From assembly GCF_009914755.1 (NCBI RefSeq), contig NC_060925.1: a stretch of DNA of 64,000 nt, one strand, 5' to 3'. Under the pieces are notes generated by a model. The model was not told where the DNA came from and did no database searches. It worked only from the letters and a program-made list of their open reading frames with translations. The position numbers were made by a program, and so were the translations under genes. Positions 1 to 13,248 of the stretch are shown piece by piece (within the stretch, counting starts at the first letter, position 1; each line of letters begins with the position of its first letter). This stretch comes from the human T2T-CHM13v2.0 reference genome, Homo sapiens.

Positions 1-524
1 ATTTCTCGCTAGACAAATTATTATTTGATTCACTAAGAAAGCTTGAATGAAATGCTCAGATCATCCATGTCATTATATAGGAGGTTTAAGACTGGACAAT
101 TTCAATGAAAGCATTGACATACTATCTAGAGTACTGGAAAAAATTCAATGATCCATGCTGCATAATTGACAGATTTTCCTCCTTCAATATCTTGAAATTC
201 ACTGGACTGGTTAACTTCAGAGTTAAGCTATTGGCTTTTCAATATAATCTCTAATATTAATGTTTCTCTTTTTCATTTTAGGTGTCCCACTTCTAAAAAT
301 GACTGAACTCATCAAAACAAATGACTTTTTTTTCACTACCTCTCTATAAATGGTTCAACTGGTTTTGCAGGATCAAGTCCCAGAAAAGGCCTCCAGAGGC
401 CTATTTTTTGACCTTGTTATAACCCACTCAGAAACCACTCATATATGTATATATTTGTTATATATATAAAAAATATCACCACAAAATTAATGAGCAATAT
501 TTGCCTTAAATTAAAGAAGAGACT

Positions 525-865
525 GTCAACTTTGAACATTACCTGACTGTATACTCCAAGAAATTAGGGACTGTTGGAACCAACTCCCCCATCCCCCAAC
601 CTTTCCATATTCCAGAAAGGCTCACCACCTAACCAGCTAACTGCAAAAGATTACATTGAACTGGAATGGTCCTGGATAAGACCCACCTTCACCCCTTCTC
701 AATGACTCAGACAAGGCCTATCTCCATGTTTCTTCAAAATTCCTTTGTTGACTGGCCCCATAAGACCTCAGTCCTATCTTTTCCTTGTAATCTTTCTCAT
801 TATGAAAGTTAGCCTTATTGTACCAACCTGAATAAAATCACCTCCTTAATTGCCTGGTTCATTAT
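525..865 (+). mobile_element. Possible old LTR fragment (family unresolved)
   Basis: LTR-like layout: C-rich U3-like stretch, TATA-like cccataaga near 757, AATAAA near 830. No TSD recognised. Confidence 0.35.
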
Positions 866-1415
866 ATATAGCTTGTAGTCAGAAGGTCAAGATCAAAATC
901 CAGTTCTGAATGCTATTTACATGACTCTAAAGTTGCATTGGGTAGCAGATGCAAAAATTTTCCCACAAATAAATTTTTTTTTCTAGAATTCGCTTGCTAC
1001 AATATCTCATTTATACAAATGTCCTCTTCCTTAAGTATAACATTTAATAATAATGACAAAGAAGTATACATTTGACAGGGTCCAATGTATCCCTGTCAAT
1101 TATCAGATCCTCTTCAGTAGTTTAGCCCTAAGAACTAGAAGTCACTGTTTATTAAATGTGCATTAACTTTTAAACATTTTAGAGCATTTTCTACTTTATT
1201 TTATTTTTAAAAAATAGGCATTAATATATACTTTTTATCAAATTGAAAGGACTAAGGATTATTTTTCTAGTGCCACTTCTTTTTAAAACTTGATGTTAAT
1301 ATAAACACATTCTCTCTTACAAAGAGCTAGTTCATAACAAGGCTAAGATTAACAAAGAGTCAGTTGGCTCTAAGATTCATTAGGGGAAAAGACTGAGTTA
1401 CTTTCAGTATATCAC

Positions 1416-2172
1416 TGGAACCACATTTGCAAAGATTATGACAACAGCAAGAGAAATCTAACATGGCTGACTCTGTCTTGCTTCTAACCTCACATTCTGG
1501 CTATCTTCACTCATTCCTGGGTGCAGGCAAAGCTGACTATGGAAGGAATTTAGTTGACAGTTTAACTTGGAAACAAGGAGGATACTAGGCCCTCTCCAAA
1601 ACTAAATCCCTCCTTGCTCAGGGACCAAAAACTAATGAAAGGCCATGAGATGAGGGTTATGGGAGGGGCCTGAATTCTGCTAAAATGCAGGTGTAGTTTC
1701 TATAATCCCTTACAGCTCAGGAGTCATGTGACCAGAAATCACAAGATTTGTGACTTCCCAATTGATCCGATAGACAATATCACTATTGTAGAACCCAAGA
1801 TTGGTCTTCTGAGATTTTTTTTAGAATTTTGCATTCTGTCGACCTACTGACTTCACCCGGACCCATGACTCATGACTCAGCAGGTCCTGTAGTTGCCCAG
1901 CCAGTGGCAGACTCAGCACATGTGTACCATTTTCCTCACCCCTATGATTTCATCCTCAACCAAGCAAGAGTACCCATTCGCTAGGCCTCTGCCTATCAGA
2001 TTATTCACGAAAACCCTAGGCTTTGAATTTTAAGGGAGGCTGATTTGAGTGATAACTCCAGTTCTGTCACGTGGCCAGCCTTGAGTTAATTAAACTTTTT
2101 CTTTACTGCAACACCATGGTCTCAGTAAATTTGCCTGTGCAGTGGGCAGGAAGAACCTGTTGGATGATTACA
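1416..2172 (+). mobile_element. Solo ERV1 LTR, LTR8 family (LTR8A/B-like)
   Basis: TG...CA termini. Start tggaaccacatttgcaaagattatgac and end gggcaggaagaacctgttggatgattaca resemble the recalled LTR8 consensus; internal ctgatttgagt and ccctatgatttcatc motifs also match. Confidence 0.8.
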
Positions 2173-4074
2173 TTGCCTTAAAACTATTTAGCATAATAGT
2201 GCACAGCAACAGGTTAAAGAAGATGCATCTTGGCAGGATTAAAGATAAAGTTAGCTTATGGATGGGCTATCTACAAAAACTGAAGGTGTCCTAAATATTC
2301 TCAACTTTACCTTCAATTTAGGGCCCACACAGATTGGAAAGAGCTGGAAAAAACTGGAGCTGGAGGTCGAAGCAAATAACAGAGATACCCTAGAAAAGTA
2401 GAGCAGAGGAAATAAAGGAAACACATGAAGAGATCAAATTGATTGAACTGCTCTAGGGTGTGGTGATGGGTGTGTACTAATCTTGGAGACTGAAAGACTT
2501 CTGAGGATGGAAGATGAAAAGCTAAATAGATTAGAAAGGCCATTTCGGAAGCCCAAGCTCCCTGAGGACTTCTTATAAATAGAAAGATACACCCCACATC
2601 AGATAAAGGACTATTTTGTACATTCTTCCCGATTTTTTGTGTGCTTTGCCAGCTAACAACAAGAATGTCAAATAGTAAGAAGTGTAACTACTCTCTCCCA
2701 CCGGTAAGAACTTTAGTAGATTTTCAATACATGCATGTCTGCCTCTAAAACATATGATTCTTTCTCTCTCTTCTCTCTATGCTTCTTTCTTTCTTTCTTT
2801 CTTTCTTTCTTTTTACTATATTTTGCTGTTCACTATTGATTACTCTGTCTTTTGTCTCAAGAAGTCAAGAGTTACTACATAACCTGGCTTTAGTTAAGAA
2901 TAAGGGGGTTTAGTGTACACATAAGTAAAGGAAGCTGGATAAACTCTATTAGTTCTCTTACGAAAAGTGCCCTGCAGTCCTTGAGATGTACATTTCACAA
3001 AGCAGTTTTCTGCTCAGAACTTTGCAATGTGTCAGTATCAGGTTATTTACAATTGTATTTCCTTGCTAAGGTAAAAGGTAAGCACGGAATGAAAGCAATT
3101 ATCACTGTTTTTTTTCCACTTGGGCTGTCAATGCAACATGCCCCTGTGACACAGCCTGACACTTTTAATGAATTCCCAGGGTTATGCGACAATACCACTA
3201 ACTCCCACATCTGTCACACAGAGATAGGGATTTTCCTTCCGTTCTTGAGCTTGGGTGCTAACATTCTTTGTCCCAGCTAATGAGGATCTGACTTTTTATC
3301 CTGGAACAGGGCACTTTAATAATGTGTCTCTACAGATCGCATTGAACAAACCCTAAAGTGTGATTCAGTCAGAGCTGATTTCAAACACAATGTTTAATAA
3401 AATTCAGTGGAACATGCTTAGAGGCTTTTTTTTTTCTGTCTGTAGAGATAGCTGCATACGTTGTGGAGTCAAAAGGCCCATAGTTAAATTTACCACTTTC
3501 TCTTTACAACAGCACTGCTTTGCCATAAGTCCACTTCTATTTGTGTGCTTGCTTGCCTCTTTACTGACAGGAACTTCTGAAAATTTGTTTTGTTGAACTC
3601 TGGCAGAAATGCATGACTGCCTAGCATTATTTAACTGTCTGTGCTAGGAGAGGCAAGCTCACCTCTAGGAGTCATAGGCTCTTGGCTCCCTACTCAAACA
3701 TGACTACAAAGTGTCTCTACTCACTCTGTTTTGTTATGAAAGACAGAAAATAGTAAAAGGCAGGATGTAAGGTATGAGCCAATGTAGGAAAACAGTTTTT
3801 GGGGATGAAATTCATTAGTATGGACACTTGACATGAACTGAAGCATGAGTTATAATAGAGCTTTAGCAACTTAGGAAGAAAGGGTACAGGCTAAGAAAGA
3901 CAGCTTCCTAAAAGTTTGCCTCTGGATGGAAAGTAGAAGCTTAAAATATTAGGTGCAGTCATAAGAGATGTGGTCAATATAGCCTAGTTTGGAAAACTCA
4001 GAAGATTTATTGCATTAGGTGAGCTGCATCAAGGAAAGTCCAAGTAGCGGGTAACATTAGCCTCAGATGTGCAG

Positions 4075-4168
4075 CTCTGGACAGATTTCAAATTCTCAGC
4101 ACATTCAAAGTGAGATAGTAGCCACGAACTGGAGGGATCATAGGGAGATAGGATCCAGCTAGAAGAAG
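4075..4168 (+). repeat. 94-bp dispersed direct repeat, copy 1 (probable donor)
   Basis: 88/94 identical to 6298-6391 by manual alignment. Confidence 0.95.
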
Positions 4169-5379
4169 CTATGGAGGGTGTCTAACTCCAGCAAGTGGAC
4201 TGCAGAAGAGAAAAAAAGCTTCAGTACTAGAGGAAAGCTTAGGTACCACATTCCAAAATCAAGCCAAAAGCCCAATGATGACACCTCAACAAAGAAAAGA
4301 AGCAAGACAAGAAAGGGCATGAGAGAATTGGCAAAGTGGGTTAAATTTTAAATAAAGCGTTCATTAAGCAAAGTGATCAGTAAGCAAACAGATGTGAGGT
4401 TAAATGACTTTGGCAAAGCGGACTTTTCCCAGGTGCAGAAAGAGATAAAGGGCAGGCTGCAATTTGAAGAGCCTATAGGTGCCTAGGACAGAATCCAGTC
4501 AAAGGCAGCAAAACTAGCTCCATGTCCCATAGGTTGAGGTGCTGATGTTCTTAATAGGTAGCTTACCAAGATCAATGTTGTTCAGAAACTGAGTGAACCT
4601 CAATGTACAGGTGGAAGGCATTAGCAGCACCAGCAGAGAATTGCTGAAAGAAGGCAGGGGTTGATTGGCAAGTGAAATCATCACAGGAAGTTTATAAATA
4701 AATTCTAATAATTAGTCAGCTTTAGACAAGCATTTAAAAAAATACAGCCTCTGCTGCTACTGCCTTCAAAACAACAAAGACAATGAATCTAAAATTCCCT
4801 TATATATATTAATATATTTAATCTTGCTATATGCATACCACGTTTATTACCTTTGTTTTTCACTTGCGAAAATCCACGGATAGAAAATTTTTGTGACTTT
4901 TTTAATATCCCACAGCAGAGCCATGAAGTAACATCAGGTACCCTAACTTATGAAAGACACCCTAAAAAACTACTACTTCTTAAGATAATAAACAATAAAT
5001 AGAAAACAATGTTAAAGCCACACATACAGAACAGTGAAAGCAGCTACAGTTGTGATTTCTACCACTGTTGCAAATCCCAAATCCCCAGAGGTGACAGCAT
5101 ATGAAATTGGAATGTCCTATAGACCTCACCACATTGTGGGCCCTCGTTACTGACACCTTCTCCCAGGGGGTCCCAGGGTATGGTAGTGGTGAAAGTAAAG
5201 TCAGAAAAACACTGGTTTAGTAGTTAATGCAAGATTTTTAGTTTCCTGGAAAGGTAATAATTTGTACTCCCAAGGTGATGAGACATGGGCATAGGATACA
5301 TACTTGTATAGAACTCTTTCTTTTCAGTCTTCTTGCACCTATACTGTCAAGAATTCATGTGTGATGGTAGAATTTTGTC

Positions 5380-5602
5380 ATTGAAAGTCTTCAGCTTTGG
5401 AAGAGCCAACCTTGGGCTTATAACCTGGGTCAACGATTTACTAGCAGGGAACATCATTTGCACTTGCCAGCCTTAGTTTCCTCCTCCTTGTAACACATAT
5501 AATTTAACCTGACTCAAAGTGTTAGGAGGAGGATTAAATGAGACATTATAAAGTGTCTAGGGCTACATATGGTAACTAGTAGGTAGACATTCAACAAACA
5601 TG
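5380..5602 (+). mobile_element. MIR SINE
   Basis: MIR core-like gccttagtttcctc and gaggattaaatgaga; 3' end cattcaacaaacatg. Confidence 0.75.
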
Positions 5603-5763
5603 ACTTCCTTTTCCTTGCTAATCTCCCTCTCATGAAAATTACTTGAGGCTTCAGCAGTCTGTAGAAAGCAGAGAAGTTCTAAGAGACCTGAAGTTTGGTG
5701 CAGACTTCCAGGCTAGGATCTCTTTCTAAAGGGTGAAAATTTTGAGAAAAGTTTTCTCCCACT

Positions 5764-6006
5764 CAGGGATGCCCCATATGGTTCTACAGGCTGTGCCCCA
5801 AAGACAATAACATATCTGAAAGGGGACCATTCACATTGTAGACCTCATCAATTCGTTTATTTAGAACAACAATTTCCTGGCAGATGGCAGTGGTCTGTTG
5901 CAGCAAAGTCAGCATATCACAATTTTCCAACAGATGAAAGTAAGGTGTCTTAAGGAATGGGTACTTCTGATGTCCAAAGATCCTTTATGTGCTAGCAGAG
6001 GCCTTG
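5764..6006. mobile_element. MER91-like hAT-Tip100 non-autonomous DNA transposon
   Basis: Ends cagggatgccccatatgg and gctagcagagccttg; internal ccattcacat and cagatggcagt motifs as recalled for MER91. Confidence 0.6.
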
Positions 6007-6297
6007 GACACTGTTTGCCTAAATGTTTTTCATTTCCTTTTCCACAGTGCTTGAAATTCCATAAACTAGAGATTCATTTTGCTATATATATATATATTTA
6101 ATGTTATATATAAATAAATATAAACTAAAAGAACTTAATACATTTTATTAATAAATATAAATTAAAAGAATTTATATAGATTTATATATAAATCTATATA
6201 AATTAAAATAATTCAAAATTATTGACTCTAAGTTATTCATATATGCTGCTTTTAGGGTTTATGGTTACGCTCTTGGAATACCTGTGAGGAGGTATGA

Positions 6298-6391
6298 CTC
6301 TGGACAGATTTCAAATTCTCAGCCCATTCAAAGTGGGACAGTAGCCATGAACTGGAGGGATCATAGGGAGACAGGATCCAGCCAGAAGAAG
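6298..6391 (+). repeat. 94-bp dispersed direct repeat, copy 2 (probable insertion)
   Basis: Copy of 4075-4168, flanked by aggtatgactct (6290-6301) and aggtgtgattct (6390-6401). Confidence 0.95.
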
Positions 6392-6764
6392 GTGTGATTC
6401 TAAATCTCTCTGCAGGGATATGTTATCTTTACCTTCCTAAGTTGTTTTCTACTTAAACAGCTAAGAAGATCCATACTATAAAGAAATGTAAAAAAAAAAT
6501 CCATACATAATTATCTTTCAACACCATTCACCACAGAGTCATGAGGTGTAATAATACTATTACAAAAGAGTAAAACATTGAGATGAATAATTCAATATAC
6601 CATACTCTGCCTAATATTTCCATTAGATTTAAATCTTTATGAGTAATCCATAATATTAAAATATGTGAGGGATTATATATTGTGCTAATTTTAGAGTTCA
6701 ACCAATATATGTGTGTTCTAATTTACCACTTAATAAAATCATAATTAAATATAAGGTACCTATA

Positions 6765-8385
6765 TTACCCACGAAGGTATAGAGTGTTACTTTAAGGTAG
6801 ACTTAGATTACTTGTAAATACATATTGCAAACTTTAGGGATGTGGCTAAAAATATTTTTAAAATAAGTATAATTAATATACTAAGAAAGGAGACACAATG
6901 GAGTTACATAAAATGCTCAATTAAAACCAGAAAAGTCAGAAAAATAGTAGAAGAAAAAAAAAGAAAAAACCCATGACAAAAAGCTGTTATAATTAAGGTA
7001 GCTATCCAATCAATAATATCAATATCACTTTAAACGTAAATGGTCTATCAGTTAAAAGAGACTATCAAAGTGGATTTAAAAAAAAGCAAGACCTGATAGA
7101 ATGTTTTCCACAAAAAAATCACTTCACAAGCATGTATCTGATAGACTCATATCCAAATTATACAAAGCATTCCTAAAATTTGACAATGAAACACATTTTT
7201 CTTGGGATTACACTACTGTCCAGTGAAATCATAGTGAGAGTAACACTGCTAATGACATTAACTAGAGCTCTGCTTTACTCTGGTGCAATTTTTGAAAAAA
7301 AGAAAAACCCATTTTCCACAAACACAAAATCTCAACAATGAGAAAACAAACAACTCAATAAAAAACGGGCTAAAGCTCTGAACCAACACTTCGCCAAAGA
7401 AAACATATCAATGACAAATAGCATATGAAAACATGTTCAACACCACATATTATTAGGGGGTTGCAAAACAACGACAGTGGGATATGACTAAACTCCTATT
7501 TGAGTGGCAAAATCCAAAGTACTGACAATGCCACATGCTGGCAAGGATATGGACCAACAGGAATTCTCATTCATGACTGGTGAGAATACAACCACTTTGG
7601 AAGATAGTTTTGCAGTTTTGTGCAAAGTCAAACACAGGCGTGGTAAATGAATCAGCTTTAGTGCTGCTAGGTATGTATCCAAATCAGTTGAAAATTTATG
7701 ACCACATAAAAACCTGCACACAAAAGTTTATATTAGTTTGGTTTATAATTGTCAAAAATGAAAGCAACTAAGGTATTCTTCAACAGGTGAATGGATAAAT
7801 AAACTATTTATATGTATGAGAATTTTATATGATCAACATCTAGACAACGGACTATTATTCAGCACTAAAAAGAAGTAAGCAATCAAGCCATTAAAAGACA
7901 CGAAGGAAGCTTAAACGCATATTGCTTACTGAAAGAAGCCAGACTGAAAAGGCTACATACTGCATAATTTCAACTGCATGACATTCCGGAAAAAGTAAAA
8001 GCATAAACACAGTAAAAATATTGATGGTTGTCAGGGTTTGAGGGTGGAGAGAGAAGTGATAAATAGGCAAAGCACAGGACATCTTTAGGAGAGTGAAATT
8101 ATTCTGTAAGACACTACAATGTTGGAAACATGACATTATATGTTTTTCAAAACCCACAGAAGTGCACAACATAAAGAGTTAACTCTAATGTAAACTATAG
8201 ACTTTAGTTAATGTATTAATATTAGTTCATTAATAAATACACCACATTAATGTGAGGTGTTAGTAATAGGGGAAATTTTGGGGGCAGAGGAGGAGAAAGA
8301 AGAAGTATATGGGAACTCTCTCTACTTTCTGCACAATTTTTATTCAAACTTAAAATTGCTCTAAAAATAAAATATATTCTTAAAT
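6765..8385 (+). mobile_element. L1MC-type LINE-1, truncated and internally deleted
   Basis: ORF2-start-like atcactttaaacgtaaatggtct near 7025 is joined near 7128 to ORF2 3' end sequence. L1MC-type 3'UTR (gaaagaagccagactgaaaaggctacatactg, ctaatgtaaactatagact) and A-rich end. Confidence 0.85.
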
Positions 8386-8480
8386 TATAACAAAATATGT
8401 GTTAACATGATTTGTTTAATGTCTCTCTCTTCTCCGTTCTATGCTGTAAACTTTATAAGAATCAGAACTCAGTAGTTTCT

Positions 8481-8772
<292 letters not shown>

Positions 8773-8892
8773 AGTAGTTTCTAGATAAATATTTGTTAAA
8801 TAAATTAATTAAAATTCAACATGTAATATCAATATAATCTAGCCTATCTGTGGAACCCCAAAAAAGAGTTCATGAAATATTACCTTTTCTGG

Positions 8893-9256
8893 TGCTATGA
8901 TCTGAATATTTTTGCTCCCCCCAAATTAATATGTTGATTGATACCTAATCCCCAATGAAACAATATTAAGAAGTGGGGCATTTGGGACGTGATTAGGTCA
9001 TGAAGGCTACACCCTCATAAATAGGATTAGTGCTTTTACAAAATAGTCCTGGGGAAAATTTGTTTGTCCTTCTGCCATGTGAAGACTCCATAAGAAGGGG
9101 TCATCACTGAAGCAGAGTGAGACTTCTCCAGATTCTGAATCATCTGACATCTTAATCTTAGATTCCCGGCCTTTAGAACTGTGAGCAATAAATTTCTGTT
9201 GTTTATAAATTACCCAGTCTATGGTGTTTTATTATAGCAACTTGAACAAAGGCAAC
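8893..9256 (+). mobile_element. MaLR solo LTR (MLT1A-like)
   Basis: tgctatgatctgaat start; gtgattaggtcatga; agaactgtgagcaataaatttctgttgtttataaattacccagtc 3' part. Confidence 0.85.
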
Positions 9257-11254
9257 TGGGATGCTCTCACCTTTATCATTTTTGAGTATTTCTGGGAATA
9301 CCTGACACACAGAAAAATGTAATCTTGCCAAACTACTTCTACGTCTTACCTCAAGGTAATCAATGAAGATATTTAACAAAAGGTTGTATGTAATGACCAT
9401 TAAGTCAGTGTATAATGGCATATGAAAGCTGAAAATTTCACAAGTTACTGAGCTCCAATTTTGAGAATCTTATTTTTAATGGGTGTAAGTGATGTGGAGC
9501 CTTCTAACAGAATTCCCTTACTGGCCCCAAAACCATATCTGTGAAAATTTCCTCTAAATCTTTGTTTTATCATCTTGATCTAATCACCAACTCTGTGCCC
9601 AGCTGTGAATAATATCTCATTTCTGCCACTCATACACATAACCTTAAAGAAAAAAAAATTGAAAAACTACAGATTATTTCTCTCTTTTTTGCTTTCTTTT
9701 CACCTCCATAAATATTCTACTTTTTCCTTTAATAGTTCTTGAATTATTTGAATTTGTTTTATTTTTATTTTTTTGCTCCCTTGAAGGATTTTATTACTTC
9801 ATCTACCAAAATCTTGCCCCTCCCCTGCCACCATGGCAACCTATAAATCACCACAGCATCCTCCGCTCAGTGTGGGGCAACAGTCAAGCCAGAATAATCT
9901 CCAGGTATTTTATATTGACTTCCATATGTGTTGCATCCATGTGCTTAATGTACATGCATGTGAATATCTACATGCAAATGAAAAACATCCTGATTTTCTG
10001 CTGGAGTGAATTTTGGACATTGACAGATGCAACCTTTTTCAAAATTGAAACTCTGACTAAAATCATATGAACTGGTAATGAGAGATCCCGGATTATAATT
10101 ATGAATTTTTGATTATCAATATAATGCTCTTTCTACAAACCACTCTGAAATTAGACTCTATACTTTCATGTAGTATAATCATTGCCTACCCTGGATGGAA
10201 ATAAAGATGATTTTCATTAACATTTTGCCTGAGGGATTTCAAGTGGAAGTAAGAGTCCCTTGAATCTTCCAATTTCTTGTATTCAAGCTTAGTAACAATT
10301 GAAAATTATTCTCTGGCATGACGCCATTTTCTCGGCAAGGGGAAGCTAAGTCCCACACTGGTGCAGTTTGCATTTTAGTGTATTTTGTAAATAAATTCTT
10401 AACAGATGGACAAACCAGCAGGAAGCCAGCACCAGGGAGTCAGCAGGTGGACAGGAAAGCCAGAAATGGACTGGCACTGATCAGATTAACAAAACTAAAA
10501 TATCTTGGGATTCACACATGCTGCCCACAGAATAAGTTGGCACTGACCAGATAGGCAAACTCAAATCAACCCTGAGCATGGAAAATTTCCATTACTCTGA
10601 TGCCTATAGGGTACCAAGGTCCCACCCAGATGGTGACGCCAAAGCTATAAATCCTTCAGAAAATCAGTCTGTCTTATTTTTCTTCCCTTGAAGTTGACAT
10701 CCAGCAAAAAGGCGAGAGAAAAATTATAATTTTAAGGAATATCAAACTTCTCTTTATACAATTGCGTTAGCCACAATAGTAAATGGGAATGGAGGAAGAC
10801 ACTGCCACTGAACACTAAAAATTATTGGTATAATTTCCCAAAGGACTTGAAATATTTCACTGCCACTATAGGCACATTCCCTTCTACTCTTCGACCCATG
10901 GCATTGTTCCCAAAATGTACAGCTCTAATAGACTCATTTTAATGTCTGCTGCCCTCTCACACAAAGATGTTACTCTTGCATTAAAAGCTACCTTCCCACA
11001 CTAAAATGTGACTCCCAGAGGATCTCTGCCCTCTGCCTTGCATCGTAGGTGTTATCCGGTGAGATAATGGCTGGCAGCAGAGGTCTAGTGCTGGCAGGAC
11101 ATCCAGGAACAGTGCACTGGGCACTTGTCCTGGTCAGGCTCAGGGGTTTCTACATGTGTCAAGCTTTCCCAAATCTCCATGAACTCATAATCTTCATTTG
11201 CAAATTCTGAAATGCTTAATCACATCACTTAAATTTTTATGAGTTTTATAATAG

Positions 11255-11460
11255 GTGTAGCAAATCCCTAGAGTCAAGGTAGACTCAGATTTAAATTCTG
11301 ACTTTGCCATTACCTAGCTGCCTGATTATGAAAAAGTTGCCTTGGATCACTGAGTCTAACTTTCCTCACTTCTGAAACTAGGATTGTGAGGATTCACTGA
11401 GAACATATATATAAAGAACTCAGCCAAGCAGCTAGCACATAATAATAAACAAATAACCAT
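11255..11460 (+). mobile_element. MIR SINE
   Basis: gagtcaaggtagactcagatttaaattctgactttgcc ... gattgtgaggatt. Confidence 0.7.
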
Positions 11461-11511
11461 ATCTATTAATATTTTTCATTATTATTATTTTATTTGCTAT
11501 TAGAAGTTGAA

Positions 11512-11627
11512 GACTGGGTGCAGTGGCTCACACCTATAATTCCAGCACTTTGGGAGGCTGAAGTGAAAGGATCCCTTGAGCCCAGTTCAAGATCAGCCTG
11601 GGCAATATAGTGAGATCTCATTTTTAC

Positions 11628-11661
<34 letters not shown>

Positions 11662-11813
11662 GCTGAGTGTAGTGGTGCATGCCTGTAGTCCCAGCTGCTG
11701 AGGCAAGTGGATCACTTGAGCTCAGGAGTTTGAGGCTGCAATGAGATATACTCACATCACTGCACTCCAGCTTGGGTGACAGAGTGAGACTCTGTCTCTA
11801 ATAAATAAGTGAA
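11512..11813 (+). mobile_element. AluJ with central A-tract expanded to (A)n(TA)n
   Basis: AluJ diagnostics cttgagccc and tttgaggctgca; degenerate TSD tagaagttg/tagaaattg. Confidence 0.93.
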
Positions 11814-12248
11814 TAGAAATTGGAGTAAGATTGGTGTGAAGACACTGATTTTAAAATTATTCTTAGAGATCACTGATTCACCTGGCATAGGAGATTTAAA
11901 AACCAGTCATAATGTATAATGAGGCTTCAGAAGAACAGGAACATACAGGGATAAGGTTAAAGAAAAGTAGGTTTGGAGGCTTATTGTGCCTAAAAGCAAA
12001 TTATGAAATCCACAAGTTTACATGTAATGTGTTGAGCCTATATTTAATCTAAACTGATTCTATATAATAATCAACTAGATTAAATTAATATCCCAAGTTT
12101 AGCCCAAACTGGATGAACTTGAAATAGATAGAAAGTTCTCCAAATAGCAAGGATAATCCTACTCAGAGAACCACAGACAGTGACTAGGATAATAGGGACA
12201 CACCTAATTGGTCTCCAATTCCCAGAATAAAACCTAATCTACTATATT

Positions 12249-12762
12249 ATAAGGCCTAAAATTTCATGAGTTGCCTTGCCATCTTCAAACCTCACAGGAC
12301 CCCAAAGAACGAACTATGAGTTTCCTTGCTCTCACCAGATGTGGCCCTCACAGAAATGGGAAGGCTCCCCACCCAGCTGCTTCCCTTGTCAGCTAGAGCA
12401 GCTACACTCCACCCCGTTCTGTCAGAAGTGAATCTAACAGGATTCACCTCCTTATCATCACATTAAGGTAGTCAACAAAATTAATACCATACTCCCACAG
12501 GAACCGGGGATCACAGCATCCTCTTGTTACTATAGATCCTATCTCTCACAACCCATGCTTATTCACTCTGCTCTCATGCACAAGCCCTGTGCGGCCCTGC
12601 ATTGTGTAGTGTCCTACTCCCGGCGTCTGTGACTATCCATGACTTAGAAACTTTTGTCAGCCTCATGTGTCCAGTACTGGGTGCTGTGTGTTCAGACATC
12701 CTCATAATCTTAGTTGGGGGAAATCTCCCTCAACACTGGAATGAAGAGGAGATAGAAAAAAT
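12249..12762 (+). mobile_element. Old ERVL-class solo LTR (MER54/MER73/MER74 group)
   Basis: Start taaggcctaaaatttcatgagttgccttgccatct and 3' tgtccagtactgggtgctgtgtgttc resemble recalled ERVL LTRs. Confidence 0.6.
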
Positions 12763-12851
12763 ACCTACCAGAGTCCAGCAGGTTGAATACAACATAGGTT
12801 TACTCTCCTGTTGGAGAATGAGCACATAATCAGATAACGAAGTCCAATTGA

Positions 12852-13248
<397 letters not shown>

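Noticed and set aside
259-300. Strong acceptor-like tttctctttttcattttag|G
   Set aside because: No convincing downstream donor found; isolated acceptors are common in T-rich DNA. The same applies near 31454.
3137-3146. p53-like half site near caacatgccc
   Set aside because: Single imperfect half site with no adjacent partner.
10472-10552. 15-nt near-repeat tggcactga(t/c)cagat, 66 nt apart
   Set aside because: Too short, with no flanking structure to separate it from chance or old repeat decay.
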